A DNA stretch of 64,000 bases, taken from NCBI GenBank assembly GCA_010093815.1, contig ML996583.1; one strand, 5' to 3'. The notes beneath the pieces are model-generated. The model was not told where the DNA came from and searched no databases. It saw only the letters and a program-made list of their open reading frames with translations. The stretch is from Pseudovirgaria hyperparasitica. Its lineage: Eukaryota. Shown here in pieces: positions 1-12,440 of this stretch (positions within the stretch are counted from its first letter, which is position 1; each line of letters begins with the position of its first letter). The translations under genes were made by a program, and so were the position numbers.

Positions 1-587
1 GCGTTTGGCGAACTTCGTGGTGAACTCGCACGGTCGTGCCCATCCTACCAATGCTGCAGGCAGCAATCCGAACAACCCAAATGTTTCTTCGGCTATGGAT
101 GTTGATGTCGAATCAGACTACCCGAAGCAGGAGGGCGAGATCCCTCAAGAACTACTCAGGAAGTACATTCTATACGCTCGTGAGAAGTGCAGCCCGAAAC
201 TGTACCAAATGGATCAAGACAAGCTTGCTCGTCTGTTCGCAGACATGCGTAGAGAGTCTTTAGCTACTGGAGCATACCCGATCACTGTAAGTTACCCGTA
301 TTGACGTTGTCTTACAGAATCTAATCAGATCCCAGGTTCGTCACTTAGAAGCCATCATTCGTACCGCTGAAGCGTTTGCCAAGATGCGTCTTTCTGAATT
401 CTGCAGCTCGGTAGATCTCGACCGTGCCATTGCTGTCGCGGTTGACTCGTTCGTGGGCAGTCAGAAGGTCAGCTGTAAGAAGGCACTTGCTAGGGCGTTC
501 GCCAAATATACCCTTGCCAGACCTGGGGCTGTGAAACCTACAGGCCGGGTCTCAGGAAGGACGCAACAGGTCAATGTACGGGTATGA
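1..587 (+). CDS. MCM2: DNA replication licensing factor MCM2, C-terminal part (5'-truncated by window edge); intron 287-335
   Basis: ELLRKYILYARE...FADMRRESLATGAYPIT|VRHLEAIIRTAEAFAKMRLS is the MCM2 C-terminal signature; the GTAAGT...CTAAT...CAG intron joins the two ORFs in frame. Confidence 0.93.
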
Positions 588-784
588 GGTTGAGTTTACT
601 AGCGAAGGCGAATGGTATGGAAAGGGACGATACTCTGGGGTGACGTGTTTCAGAAGGGAAGATGAAGCATGAAGGAGTTCTGGGTTATCCGTACCACTAG
701 CACTGTTCTACGGAAGATTTAATGTACATGTACAGGCTGTCGAAATATCAGATTTACACAACGAGCAATGTTTATATACATCAG

Positions 785-2097
785 TTACTGCCAAGCCTCG
801 TTGACGAGAATCCCAAATGGATCCCTATCCCTTTCGCTTACTTCCACCTCGACCGTCTCATCACTCATCGCTTCTTCATCTCCGCCTGTCTCTTCCTTCC
901 TGATCTTCTCCCACTCCTCCTTCACAGTCTCCAACAACTGCGCCCGCAACACCCCGTGCAAGAACCCCCTCTCCGTATTACTATGAAAAAGCGTAACGAC
1001 ACTTTGCCCACTTTCAATCGCCGCCAACGCCTCATGATGCGACAACTCCCCGGTAAACAACATATCAACACCACTCAACCCCGCAAACAGCGAGCCCCCG
1101 CTCCCCGCACAGATGCCAACCGACTTTACACTGATCTCGTCAACTGCCTTACCCTGGGGAATAGCAATCGGGAAGCCCTTCGGATTGCCCACGCCCGCCG
1201 CCACGCGCTCGATGAGCGCTGCAAGCGGCTGTGCTTCGGCGAAACGCACAATGCGGCCCATGCCTGCTCCCGGGCGGTCGGGGAAGTCGACGGGCTTGAT
1301 GGGTGCGCGAGTGTGCTTTGTGACACCAAGATTTAGTGCTGTGTTAACCTGTGATGCAGACGGGTAGTGCTGGAGCTGGAACGTGGGGCGCTTCTGGGTG
1401 AAGGGGTCGTCAGTAGGCTTGGTGCTGGGGGTGGGTTGGGAGTGCGAGGGGTTTGGAGGAGTTTGGCCAGTTATGATGTCTGCGAGCCAGTCGCCTAGAC
1501 CTCCGGGAGCGCAGTCAATGGCAGTATGAGGGGAGTAGACCTTTTGATGGGTTAGTGGTACCGGGAATAGGAGAGATTTGGGAAGGACATGCGCTTATGC
1601 CTGCTGCGGCCAAGCGTAGGAGAGATTGTTGTTGGCTGTTTGCGAGGGTGATTGATTTGAGACCACGGAATATTATGGGATCTGATGGCATTAGAGGCGA
1701 GAAGTCAATGGTCGTGAGTGGACATACGGTATGCTATTATAATCGAAGCTTTTCGTTCAATTGCTTCATCCGTTACCGCTTTCGTGAGATCGACAGTGAG
1801 AAGCACTGAGTTCCTTTGTCGGCGCGATGGATCAAAGGGAGCTTCGAGTAACACTTTGGTCATCAGTACAACGGTTATAATTGAATTTTGAAATCATGAA
1901 CAGACGCCCTGTATTGTCCCATGCCTTCTCCGCCAAATCCTCCGGATAGCTGTACTTGTCAGTAAACAAGCTCTAGGAGGAGCAATGCAAAGATGGACAT
2001 ACAGTCTCCTCATCGAAGCCACCACAGCCTTCGAGAATGGCGCCGTCGATGTAGTAGAACTCATACTGAAGGCACGCTTTGCTATGTTTGAGAACAT
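785..2097 (-). CDS. NIF3: NIF3 / DUF34 (NGG1-interacting factor 3) family protein, 4 introns (one GC-AG)
   Basis: Spliced motifs YPEDLAEKAWDNTGLLLEAP, HPIIFRGLK, GIS|VYSPHTAID, GICAGSGGS, FTGELSHHEALAA, HSNTERGFL, ERDRDPF; starts at 2097 or 2064. Confidence 0.92.
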
Positions 2098-2355
2098 CAA
2101 TCGGTATGTTTTAATAATTTCAAGGTTCACAAGTCGCAAATCAGAAATCTTGACTAGAATACATCAAGTTTGGATTTGACACTAGCCTAACTTGGACATT
2201 ATAATGGGGCAGTCGCGTTCGTACCATGTCACGTTATCAATCTTATCACGTCTTCGGAGATCAAGCGGGGTTTATGAGGTACTCCATCCTCTAAATGTGA
2301 GGTTACCACAACGTTTATAAACACATCACAACATTGCCCTTCACCCACAAGAATC

Positions 2356-2713
2356 ATGAGTGCACGACCGGATCAAGAAGCAAACCAAGTTCAGGCCTCG
2401 ACTGGCATCACAGCCGAGTTCTTAAAGGCGAAGCTCGAGACTGAGCTTGGCGCAACCCACGTCTCAATTGAAGACATGTCAGGTATTCGGCCTACGCCAG
2501 ACATATTTGGGGAAGGGCTTCACTAATCTCAGAACAGGTGGCTGTGGACAGATGTTCGAGGCTATCATCGTGTCGCCTCAATTTGCGAAGAAAACAACCC
2601 TGGCGCGCCATCGACTCGTGAACGGACTTCTAAAAGAGGAGATTGCAGCGATCCACGCATGGACCCCCAAATGTCATACGCCCGAGGAATGGGAGAAGAA
2701 GAAGGCACAGTGA
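2356..2713 (+). CDS. BolA-like protein (Bol2/Fra2 type); intron 2483-2537
   Basis: [24 protein letters not shown]...[21 protein letters not shown]olA signature. Confidence 0.92.
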
Positions 2714-2817
2714 GATGCTAAAAGCGATACATGAAATCAACATACTTTACCACATCATTTGCACAGGGCATATATAAGAGCGTATTGCTCTACTCGAGGC
2801 AGCAGAAGCTATATTAT

Positions 2818-4953
2818 CTAGCTAAGGAGAACTTTGATCTCTCCACTAGTTCGCGGGAACAGATCTCGCATACAAGGCTCTTCCTCGTCTTCCCGCTTGC
2901 CATCTTGCATTTCATCGACCGCGAGGATTTTCTCTTCAACTGCTTCGAAATCCTCGCAGAATTTATCTGCAGCATGCTCTGTGATATCCTGGGCTATCTG
3001 GGCATTATTTAGACACTTGACGTTCTCCCTGGCATCCATAAGGGCTGATGGGAGGAAGTCATCGAGCTTTTGGCTGATGGCCACGAGTGAATCAGGACTG
3101 AAAGGTGGCAAGGTGGGAATCTTAGCAATACTATCCTTGGAATCGGCAACTTCCCCTAGAGCGAATATAAGGGTATTGAGTCCAGACTCATCAAGTAAAT
3201 AGCGGTGTTGGTATGCGACTAAATTTGAAGCGTGCTTGTTCAACCTAGATCCAAGCTCCGTTATCCGATCACCAGTGAAAGTGAAAGGTGTGAGTGTAGC
3301 TCTTGTCTGCATTAGGCAGTTTATGGCAAACACATCGTTCTCGGGTTCCGTCAATGACTTGTACATTTTCTCACATGCGTTCAGGCAGGGGTCCAGTGCT
3401 TCTGTCAGCACAGGCTGGAAGCTACTATCCTGATCGTCCGCTGTCGCCATTGATGTGTCGTAACTGGTCAGCAATGCCTTCAGCATATTCAACGCCTCAG
3501 TGAGAAACTCTGGTGGTGAGAGGTCTTCGGGAGCTGCACCTAAGTCGCTCTGTACAGTCACAAGATGATCCTGCATGTTTGCTTTGAATCTTCGAAAGGC
3601 AGAGTCTTGCAGCTCATCGAGGATCTCAAGGACTTCAGAGTCTTCGCCCACGAGCTTTTTAAACGTCGATCGATAGAAGGCCACGAGATTTGCAATCTTG
3701 TAGACCAAGACAGGATCGTCATGGCTCTGTGTGACCTGTTCGGTACGCTGCCGCAGGAGCCTTGCAACGCCTTTTAAATCATGACTGACCAGCTCGTTCA
3801 ATGCTTTTCTGCCATCATAAGCCTCTTGCCCAGATTCTTCTCCATCTTCACGGGTCCATGGCTCGCTTTCCAGACCCAACTTGATGCTTCTCGCAATTTC
3901 GTCCCCTTCAGAAACGAACAGAACTTCCAGTGCTTCCTTCTCAGATACTGCGGCGGAGTGGGCCCAAGCAAGCATATCTCCAATATAGCGCAAAGGATCG
4001 TGAGCTTGGAACTCTATCGGTTTCATCTGGCTCTCCCCGGTGCCAGTCAATGCATTGTAGAAGGATTCGGACAAGATGTTCTCTCGAGCTCCTGCGAAAG
4101 CATCTAGGCAGCTTTGGAACAAAGCTGGTCGTTCAGCTAGAACACGGATAGATCTTCGTATCGAGGCATTGATTTGAGGATTCTCCAAATCTAGATTTTT
4201 GAATTCTCGCTGTATCCAGCGGTACAACTTCTGAAATGCAGCATTCAGTTGCTTTGAGCTCTGCTCTAGCAACTCTAATCCTAATACCTGGTTCTCGGAT
4301 CCTAACAGAATCTGACAGTCACTATGAATTTTCTTCACGCGCGTGAGAACCTGAAAGAATTCGTCGTTGACTGGCTCCGAGGTCGAAGTCAGGACCATGA
4401 CGTCTCGCTCAGAGATGATGAAGTGTGAGTTGAAAACATCTAGTAGCTTTGCTTTCGTCTCGACCTGTACCTTTTGATTGAAGAGAGAACTCGCCTCTTC
4501 TAGGACCGGGGCGCTCTCTCGATTGCTTGCATTTATGTGGGCTCTCATGTCATCACAGCAGCGATTCAGGTTCTCAATTGCTACGCCTATGCGTCTCAGT
4601 TGCTGTCAATTGTTAGATTATCACAATATTTCGCTGCTCAACGAACATACAGCAGCCACTTGACCAAAGTCTTTAATGATGTCGGCGTTGCACTGTATGA
4701 CTTCTTTCTGGACATCTAGTCGAAGCCGCCTCCGAGTCTCTTGGTTATTCTTGATTCCCCGAGCATCCAAGGTTTCTAAGGCATCGCGAATGTCCAAGTC
4801 CGAATACGATGCGGATAACACACTCGTGATTCTACTTGATAATGCGTTTGCACGAGGTCCCACTCCTTGCGAAGGTGTTCCTGGGCTTGATATCCCCAAA
4901 GCATCGGGTGACGGACCCGGACGTAGAGTGCGTTCCTGAAGATAGCTTGTCAT
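2818..4953 (-). CDS. COG6: Conserved oligomeric Golgi complex subunit 6; intron 4603-4650
   Basis: [33 protein letters not shown] motif and C-terminal [15 protein letters not shown]-terminal exon MTSYLQ...[14 protein letters not shown]. Confidence 0.93.
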
Positions 4954-5370
4954 TGTATGGTTTCCTGCCGTCCTGAAACAAAGAAGAGGATTGTCTGTTG
5001 GTAAATTCAAATACCACGAACACCATTGCGATGCGTGCAGCAGACTTAACCTTGTGTGGCGTAGTGTGGGGTGCTTGGAGCTTGGGCCACCACATGCCTG
5101 TCCATAGATGCCAGGATGCCTCATGGTTTACGCATGACTTCACTCTCACATTTCGACATCAATACGCGCCTGACCTGTACACGTTCTCCCTTTACCCTCT
5201 TGGAAACAGCCTAATAGCAATGTCTTGAGTCTGATACCTTTCTAGCTGCGTGCTGGCAAGCATACTTACACCCACCATACCACTCTACGAAGCCAGTCAC
5301 GCAGCCACTCTCCTTCCAGACCTGTCCCGCGTCCCTATCCCCGTCCGCGTGCACAACTCTCCTAGACAAC

Positions 5371-8175
5371 ATGATGGCCTCGAATATCTTGTCAAGGCTC
5401 CTCCCCTCTGCTACCGACGAGAACTCAGACCTATTACCTCCTCGCCCACCTCGGTCGTCCACTTCCTCCGATCCTGACAACCTAGAAGCAGCCCTGGACG
5501 AAGAGAACTTAGGAGAGCATTTTGAAGACCAAGATCTGGATCATCTGCTTGCTGAAGCTGCTGGAAGTCAAGCTGACACTGCGAGCACTGCAGCGTCGCC
5601 TGATCGGAAGCGCCAGGCCTTCTCCGCTGGTTGGAAGCCTCAGATGAGCAGGCCGAAATGGATGTCGACCGCGCCGGGACGGGAGCATACTGACGATGAT
5701 GACGATGTCCCGGAATCACTTTTGCTTGAAGCCAGGACAGAAGCACCTCCACGAGTAAATAAGCCTACAAATATCCCTGGACCTAGAAGTGCAGCGGTCC
5801 CTGCATTACCGGGTCCATCGTCACAGCGAACACAAACACAAACACAAACACAAACACAAACACAATGGGACGCTACGCGAGCACATCAGCGCCTTCATAG
5901 TGACGGGAGGTACAAGAGACAGGGAACCAGAATCCCCATGATAAATCAAAGAGTAACGTTAACACAAGATAGAAGAGAAAAGGCTTTGTGGTTGTGGGCC
6001 AATGTTCAAGATTTAGACGCCTTCCTGGTCGAGATCTACGAGTACTATGCGACCAAAGGTATCTACTCGATCATGTTATCGAAGGTACTATGGCTTTTAC
6101 AGGTAGCCTTTATCGTTGCGCTAGGGACATTTGTGTCCTTCTGCGTTGACTTTAGTGCAGTATCACATGAGAAGAAGCTTCGAGATGTTGTGCATGGCCA
6201 ATGCATCCAAACAAGAGTGCACGGCTTCTGGTCCTTTATGCTCTGGATATTATTTGGTGGGTGGTTCTACGCCCTGGCCATATATGTCATCCAGATCCCG
6301 CGGCTTTGGCAGATACACGATTTCTTCCACTTCCTACTGGATGTACCAGATCGCGACATCCAGACTGTTTCGTGGCAGCTTGTTGTTGCCAGGCTTATGG
6401 CACTCAGAGACTCCAATATCATAACTGCGCAGAATATATCTGCCGCCAATCGAAGATTCATTGGTAGCCAGTCTAAAACCCGCATGGATGCACACGACAT
6501 CGCCAACAGGCTTATGCGTCGTGAGAACTATTTGATAGCGTTGTTTAACAAAGACATCCTTGACCTCACAGTACCTATCCCGTTCCTCGGTAGACGGCAC
6601 TTATTTTCCAGAACGACCGAATTCCATGTCAACCTGGCCGCAATAGATTTCATGCTGGATGAACAAGGCCACGTGCATCCTCACTGCCTGTCTGATAAGA
6701 ATAGACACTATCTAATCCAGACTCTCAGACGTCGCTTTGTACAAACAGGTCTCATCAGTATCGTATGTGCTCCCTTTCAGGCGATGTACTTTGTGGTCTG
6801 GTTGTTCTTCAAGTATTTTACGGTACGTGGATTGCCGCCAATGGAAGACACGCGAATTAATCAACCATAGGAATTTCAAAAAGACCCATCCCAGATCATG
6901 GCACGATCGTTCACTCGACTTGCTGAGTGGAAGTTCCGAGAATTCAATGAACTTCCTCATTTGTTCGACATACGCAAGAACATGGCCCTAGGTTATTCTG
7001 ACAGATATCTACAGCAATTCCCGAAAGACAAGACCGAGAAACTCGCAGGTTTCGTGGTCTTTATATCATCAGCTATTCTCGCTGTGCTCGGGTTGGCTAC
7101 ACTTCTCGACTCGGAATCTTTCCTTGGATTTCAGATTACCGATGGACGAACAGCGATCTTTTACATTACGCTCTTCTCAACTATCTGGTACGCTGCTCGG
7201 AATAGCGGTCCACAAGAAGAACCGACGATGGATCCCAAGCTGGCCTTGTCCTTTGTTATCGAGTGTACGAGATACTGCCCGGCATCGTGGACTGATCGAC
7301 TACATACTGATGAGGTCCGTCAAGAGTTCACGACCCTGTACCAACTCCGGCTGGTCAACGTCTTCGAGGAACTACTGAGCATATTTGTAACTCCTTACAT
7401 ACTTATGTACCGGCTTCCAAAATGCAGCGAACGCATCGTAGACTTCTTCCGCGAATTCACCATCAACGTGGACGGCCTGGGTAACGTCTGTTCCTTTGCA
7501 GTCTTTGACTTCAAGAAAGACGTCGAGAATGTCGCACGCATCCGCCCCGACCGGGCGCACGAAGAATCGGGCCTCCGCGACGACTACTATGGCACCAAAG
7601 ATGCAAAGCTCGTCGCCTCCGTCATGGGCTTCCAGGAAACATACGTCACGAACGCCGCAAGTACGCGCCGCTATAATCGCAAGCCCACAAAGTTCCAGTT
7701 CGAGCTACCGCCCCAGTTTGACTTGTACAATCTCTCGGATCCGCAAAAACAGTCCACTATCCGAACGCCACAAATGCGTGGGTTTCAACATACCCCACGC
7801 GTTAACGCACATCCTGGCCGTGCGTCGCCCATGCACTCGATCCTGCTTGATCCGCATCATCAGCCGGCCATGTCCATCATGCGGGGGTCACAAGCTCAGC
7901 ATGCACAGGCGCGCCAGCGTGGCTCACGGCAGCCGTTCAGTGGGGTCGATGAGAGTCCGGTGATCTCGGCGCGGGACATGACGACGAGTCGCATCATCGA
8001 GGAGGATAGTAACCTTGGAGAGTCGTGGCGGACGACGAGGGCTGCGCATGTGGATGAGGATGAGGATGCGAAGGAGATGGAGATACAGGATCAGAGGCCG
8101 GGTGTGTTGGGGCTGCTGTATCAATTTCAGAAGAAGCAGACTCAGGGACGAGGACCCGGCGCTGGCGTGGTCTAG
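5371..8175 (+). CDS. ATG9: Autophagy-related protein 9 (lipid scramblase); intron 6823-6870
   Basis: RMDAHDIANRLMRRENYLIALFNK, AEWKFREFNELPHLF, IVDFFREFTINVDGLGNVCSFAVFDF motifs; in-frame GT-AG intron. Confidence 0.96.
5829..5864 (+). repeat. (ACACAA)n hexamer microsatellite encoding a TQ dipeptide run in the ATG9 N-terminal disordered region
   Basis: aacacaaacacaaacacaaaca... visible; translates TQTQTQTQTQTQ. Confidence 0.9.
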
Positions 8176-8443
8176 AAGATCCGGCATGGACGTTTGTTTG
8201 GTGCGTTCTTCGTGCACGGGTATTGGCGCTTGGGTAGACGCTATGTCATTTAGCAGCATCAGGCTGGAGTTTTGATATTGTCCGAACTAGTACAGGCAAA
8301 GTTATATACCGCACTCGAGCTACATCTACATGCTCAACTCCTCTTCTCTTATGCACCCCCCTCACCAACGCCACCGCTCGCTCACTTTTCTAATCATCAA
8401 CGCCGTTCTGCCAGTCAATGCACCCACGCGTCCCATCCTCTTT

Positions 8444-9984
8444 CTAACTAGCCTTCGCACAACAACCCAAATCCAACTTCTTGACTTCCGCCCCAGGACT
8501 AATATCAAACTCAAAGATATCCATCGGCACGCCCAGGGTCGTACACGCATTCGGAATATCGACCATGCCGGCAAGATGGCCCTGCACAGGCGCACAGCTC
8601 AGCAGCAAATAGATCTGATAATCATCATAGCCGAACCGGCGCAGATACTCGATGGCGCGCAGACACGTCTGACGATAGGCCACCGTGGCGTCCATGTAGT
8701 GCTGCTTGCCGTGCTCGTCGACGCTGAATCCCTCAAAGTAGATGTATCGGCCCGGCCCGAACTGCGGCTCCACCGGGCCTGGCATGTAGATGGGTGATTT
8801 GAGACCGAGTTTGGACATGCCGCCCTTCATGACGCTGAATTTGAGCGTGATTTCACCTGCCATTTCGATGGCGCCGCAAAAGGAGATTTCGCCATCGCCC
8901 TCTGTTGTGCGCGAGAAAGAGGGAGGTTAGCGGTGCCTGTTTTTTCGGAGGGGTAAAAAGGGGGTTTGAAAGGGAGGTCTGACGTACGAGAGAAATGCAA
9001 GTCGCCAACGCTGAACTTCGCACCCTGTACATGCACGGGCAGGTACACCTTGCTGCCACGGCTCAGATTCTTGATGTCGCAGTTCCCGCCGTGTTCGGGG
9101 CGGCCCGGGATCGTGCGCGCGCCCTCCCGGCCGACCTTCTCCTTGATGGCGGCATCGGCAGAGCCGGCGTGCACGTTCTGGGGCGTGGGCGGGATCGCGA
9201 CATCGCGGTCTAGGTGGGCGCAGGCGGTGATGAGTTCGGCCTCGCGGCGGTTCCATTCGGCGAGGATTTCGGCGGAGGGCGCGCAGCCGAGGATGCCTGG
9301 ATGGATGAGGCCGGCGAAGCGCACGCCGGGGATGTGACGGGAGGAGCAGAAGATGCCTTCGAAGTCCCATATGGCTTTTGCTCTGTTTCGGGGTGTGATG
9401 TTAGCTTTGGGAGATCTTGAGGGGGGAGAGGGGTGGCTAGGTTACGCGTCTGGGTAGAGCTCGTCGAGGAAGCCGCCGCCGTTGGTCTTTGGGAAGACGC
9501 CTGTGAAGCCCCAGGGCTGGTCTTGTAGGGGCTGGACGTCCTGGATCTCGACGAGGAGGATGTCGCCTGGTTCGGCTGTTTCGATCTCGAAGGGGCCGGT
9601 TAGGTAGTGGATCTTGGTGAGCTGGAGGGTTCAATGTTAGACTTGGAATGGCACACTATCTTTGTTTGAACATCTCACATCGACATCCCTGACGTCGTTT
9701 GCGGAGTCATTATTGCCAATCTGACCGCCTGTCCAGTCTACACATTGGATCTTGACCACTTCGTTGTTCTTAATCTTTCCAGCGAAAGGGACTGTAGGAG
9801 CTGTGAGCTATTGGATCGGTCGTAAAGAGAGACGTATTGACCGTCCGGATGCCATCGATTCTGGACAATGTTAGCTTCAGTTATCCGCATTGGTGTGTTG
9901 ACAACGTACATGTAATTGCGGTTGTTCAGCAGCTGGCTTCTCCAAGTCAACCTTTGCGGCGTATCGAAGACCTTCTTTGCCCAT
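8444..9984 (-). CDS. fmdS: Formamidase (FmdA/AmdA family), 5 introns
   Basis: NRWHPD, CVDWTGGQI, IHYLTGPF, GGGFLDE, IHPGILGCAPS, GRPEHGGNCDIKNLSRGSKVYLPVHV, FSVGDLHFSQGDGEI, HYMDATVAY motifs across spliced exons. Confidence 0.95.
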
Positions 9985-10325
9985 GATGACGAGATCTTGG
10001 ATCAGTTGACGGCAGAAAGGACTGGTAAAGGCTCAAGAGTAGTAGAAGGTCAATTGGCATGACAGGTCAGGATTGGAAGTGGAATACAGTAGTATATCGA
10101 GATATAAATAAATGCGGGGCTACTGATAGGGAAAAAGGAGCCGTGACAAGCCATCGTCAGGTAATTGAGGGCCGAGCGGGATGCGCGATAAGGAGATGGC
10201 TATAGCTCTGCTGGGTCCACAGGTAGCTACAGTACGTGACTACGTAAACACGTGCTATGTGCTATATACTATATGCTACTGCTATTCTGCATGAGGCATA
10301 CACAGGACGCGTCGCGTCGTAGCTT

Positions 10326-10370
10326 GGGCGGGGGCGGGGAGAGGCGGGGAGGTGGGGTTCCAGGGCGGGG
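10326..10370. promoter_or_regulatory. Cluster of five SYGGRG (CreA/Mig1-type) motifs, also G-quadruplex-capable, upstream of formamidase
   Basis: gggcgggggcggggagaggcggggaggtggggttccagggcgggg; function inferred only. Confidence 0.4.
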
Positions 10371-10572
10371 TTTCAAAGCATCCTTTTCAGTCGTATTTAC
10401 ATCATGTATCAGATGATGATATCAGTACCGCATTGGGACCGTAGCCAAGATAGTAAAAGCGGCATTGTCATATCATCATGTTGATCCTCATGGACGCCTG
10501 TTCCGTCAAGCCATATCATTTGTCGCATAAGTTGCACACATTATAGCATCAAGCAAGTCCAATACACGGACG

Positions 10573-11959
10573 TTAGCTGAATGTCTTGCCTGGCATCCCG
10601 GAATCCAGCGGGTCTTCCTTCTTTGCACTCGTCTCAACATTCAGGGCGTCGATGTTGCCCAAGGAGAGCGTCATGAAGTCGTGCTTGTTCTTCCATGAGA
10701 CCTGGCTTTCGGCGTATTTGGCCTCATCGACAGGTGGTGGCGGAGGGTCCGTAATCTTGGTGATCAAATAGGCAGTCGAAGCTTCTGCAACCCCATAGAT
10801 GAGGACACCAAGGAGAGGAATCTTGAGAAAGACGAAGAAGCCGACTCCAAACCCGAACAGCACGCCTTCGCGGTCTCGAAACCATGCTTTCTTCTGTTCT
10901 TTTGTGAAATGTACTCTAGAAAAGTACGGATCAAGCTGGAGAAACAGTAAGCGATGTTCCATTATGCGTAGACGACTGTACGTACCAGCTCCCTCATCAA
11001 GCTTCGAGACGAGAAGTAGGTCTGCAGGAATCTGACCAAGTAATGCTTGGGTACAACCAGGCCGCTCGCGAAGATTAAGACAGCAGGAGGAGTCCCTACT
11101 GCTTTGTTGAACGTGTAAAAACTGGCAGCAGGTAGTACAAATCGACCGACAATAGGAAGATACGACAAAAGATAGATGGCAAGTGAGATCCCAGCTTTAC
11201 GACTGTATCGCAGGGCGAACGTGAAGGCCTTCTCCTTGTTACTTTTTTTAGGACCGTCATGTCGATTCCTAGGATACATCTTTAGATTTTGATGATACGA
11301 GGCTCGAAGATTCTGGGGGTCTTCTGATTGATGCTTCTGGTAGTAGGTGCGGTCGACCCATGCTAAAGACTCTATGAACCTGGTATCGATAAGCACAGTC
11401 TGAATGCAAGATCTACTTGGCATACTCACAGGTTGTCAAGTGTAGGGCTCAATGATCTATGTCTGAATCAGTATACGTGCCCGCATTCAAGCTTGAGAGG
11501 CATTTTACCTTAGTAGGGACATTAGGAAAAATGGCACCTGCAGTACAGAATTTTCCAGGAAATGAAGCCCTTGGATCAAATCATTGTCCCATGTGGCGTG
11601 CTCGAGGTCCATGAACAGTCCAAGGAACCATATCAGAGCCTGTACGCTAAGGATCTATATGGCAATTAGCTCTCTTCATGCCCAGCAGTGTTCATTTCGT
11701 CATGTACCGGGATTGCAATAATGATACGAATGGCAATACCTGCCACTACAGCTATAGCTACCTGTCGGTAGTGATCTGAAGTAAACAGACTTGGATTTTG
11801 CAAAGCACGATGGGCTAGACATGGTCAACAAACTGTCACGGGTTTCAGAGGACGGATATTATGAGGTCACTTACCTCCAACAAGAGTTAGCTGAGCTCCT
11901 CGTAGTATGGCATTAAAGTCAAAGTTCGACATCTTCGCTTTAAGATCTTTCGTGGACAT
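10573..11959 (-). CDS. usgS: UsgS-like transmembrane protein (EI24-like), multi-intron
   Basis: NFDFNAILRGAQLTLVG, HRALQNPSLFTSDHYRQ, FLQTYFSSRSLMRELL.PYF, WFRDREGVLFGFG, YGVAEASTAYLITKITDPPP; lies upstream of formamidase. Confidence 0.85.
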
Positions 11960-12440
11960 TTTGAAGATGGTGATGCCAATGGAGGAACGCAATTAGATGC
12001 TCGCATGTGTAATAGCTGGCCATCAAAGGTCAAGCCACAACTCAGGGTCTGACGCGGCAAGTGATGACGTATGCCCAGCTAGTGCAAATATCTCTAATGC
12101 TCAGATGTTTGACTATGTGAACAACAACTAAAGTATACACCCCTGGTATGTTATTTCAAAGGTAAGCATAGGTATAATACTGTAGAGAAGTGGGATACAG
12201 TGAAAGTGGCGTTCACGTTCAGCCTCAGGTGTGGCTGGTGCGACCTCAGGCAGTGCTTGCTGCTTCTGAGCACGAGCCCACGACCGTCCTCGTCCTCCTT
12301 CGCGTGCATGGATCTTCCTTCACACTTACCCTGTCAACAAAGCGGCCTCTGCTCCCTGGATTGCCAACTACAGCTTTGAACCGCGAGGCTATCCTGTGGG
12401 AACTCAGTATCACGAAATGCTCATCTAGAACACTGCTATC

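Noticed and set aside
2232..2249. Tandem GATA sites between NIF3 and BolA as an iron (SreA) element
   Set aside because: Does not match the ATCWGATAA consensus; a GATA pair alone is too weak
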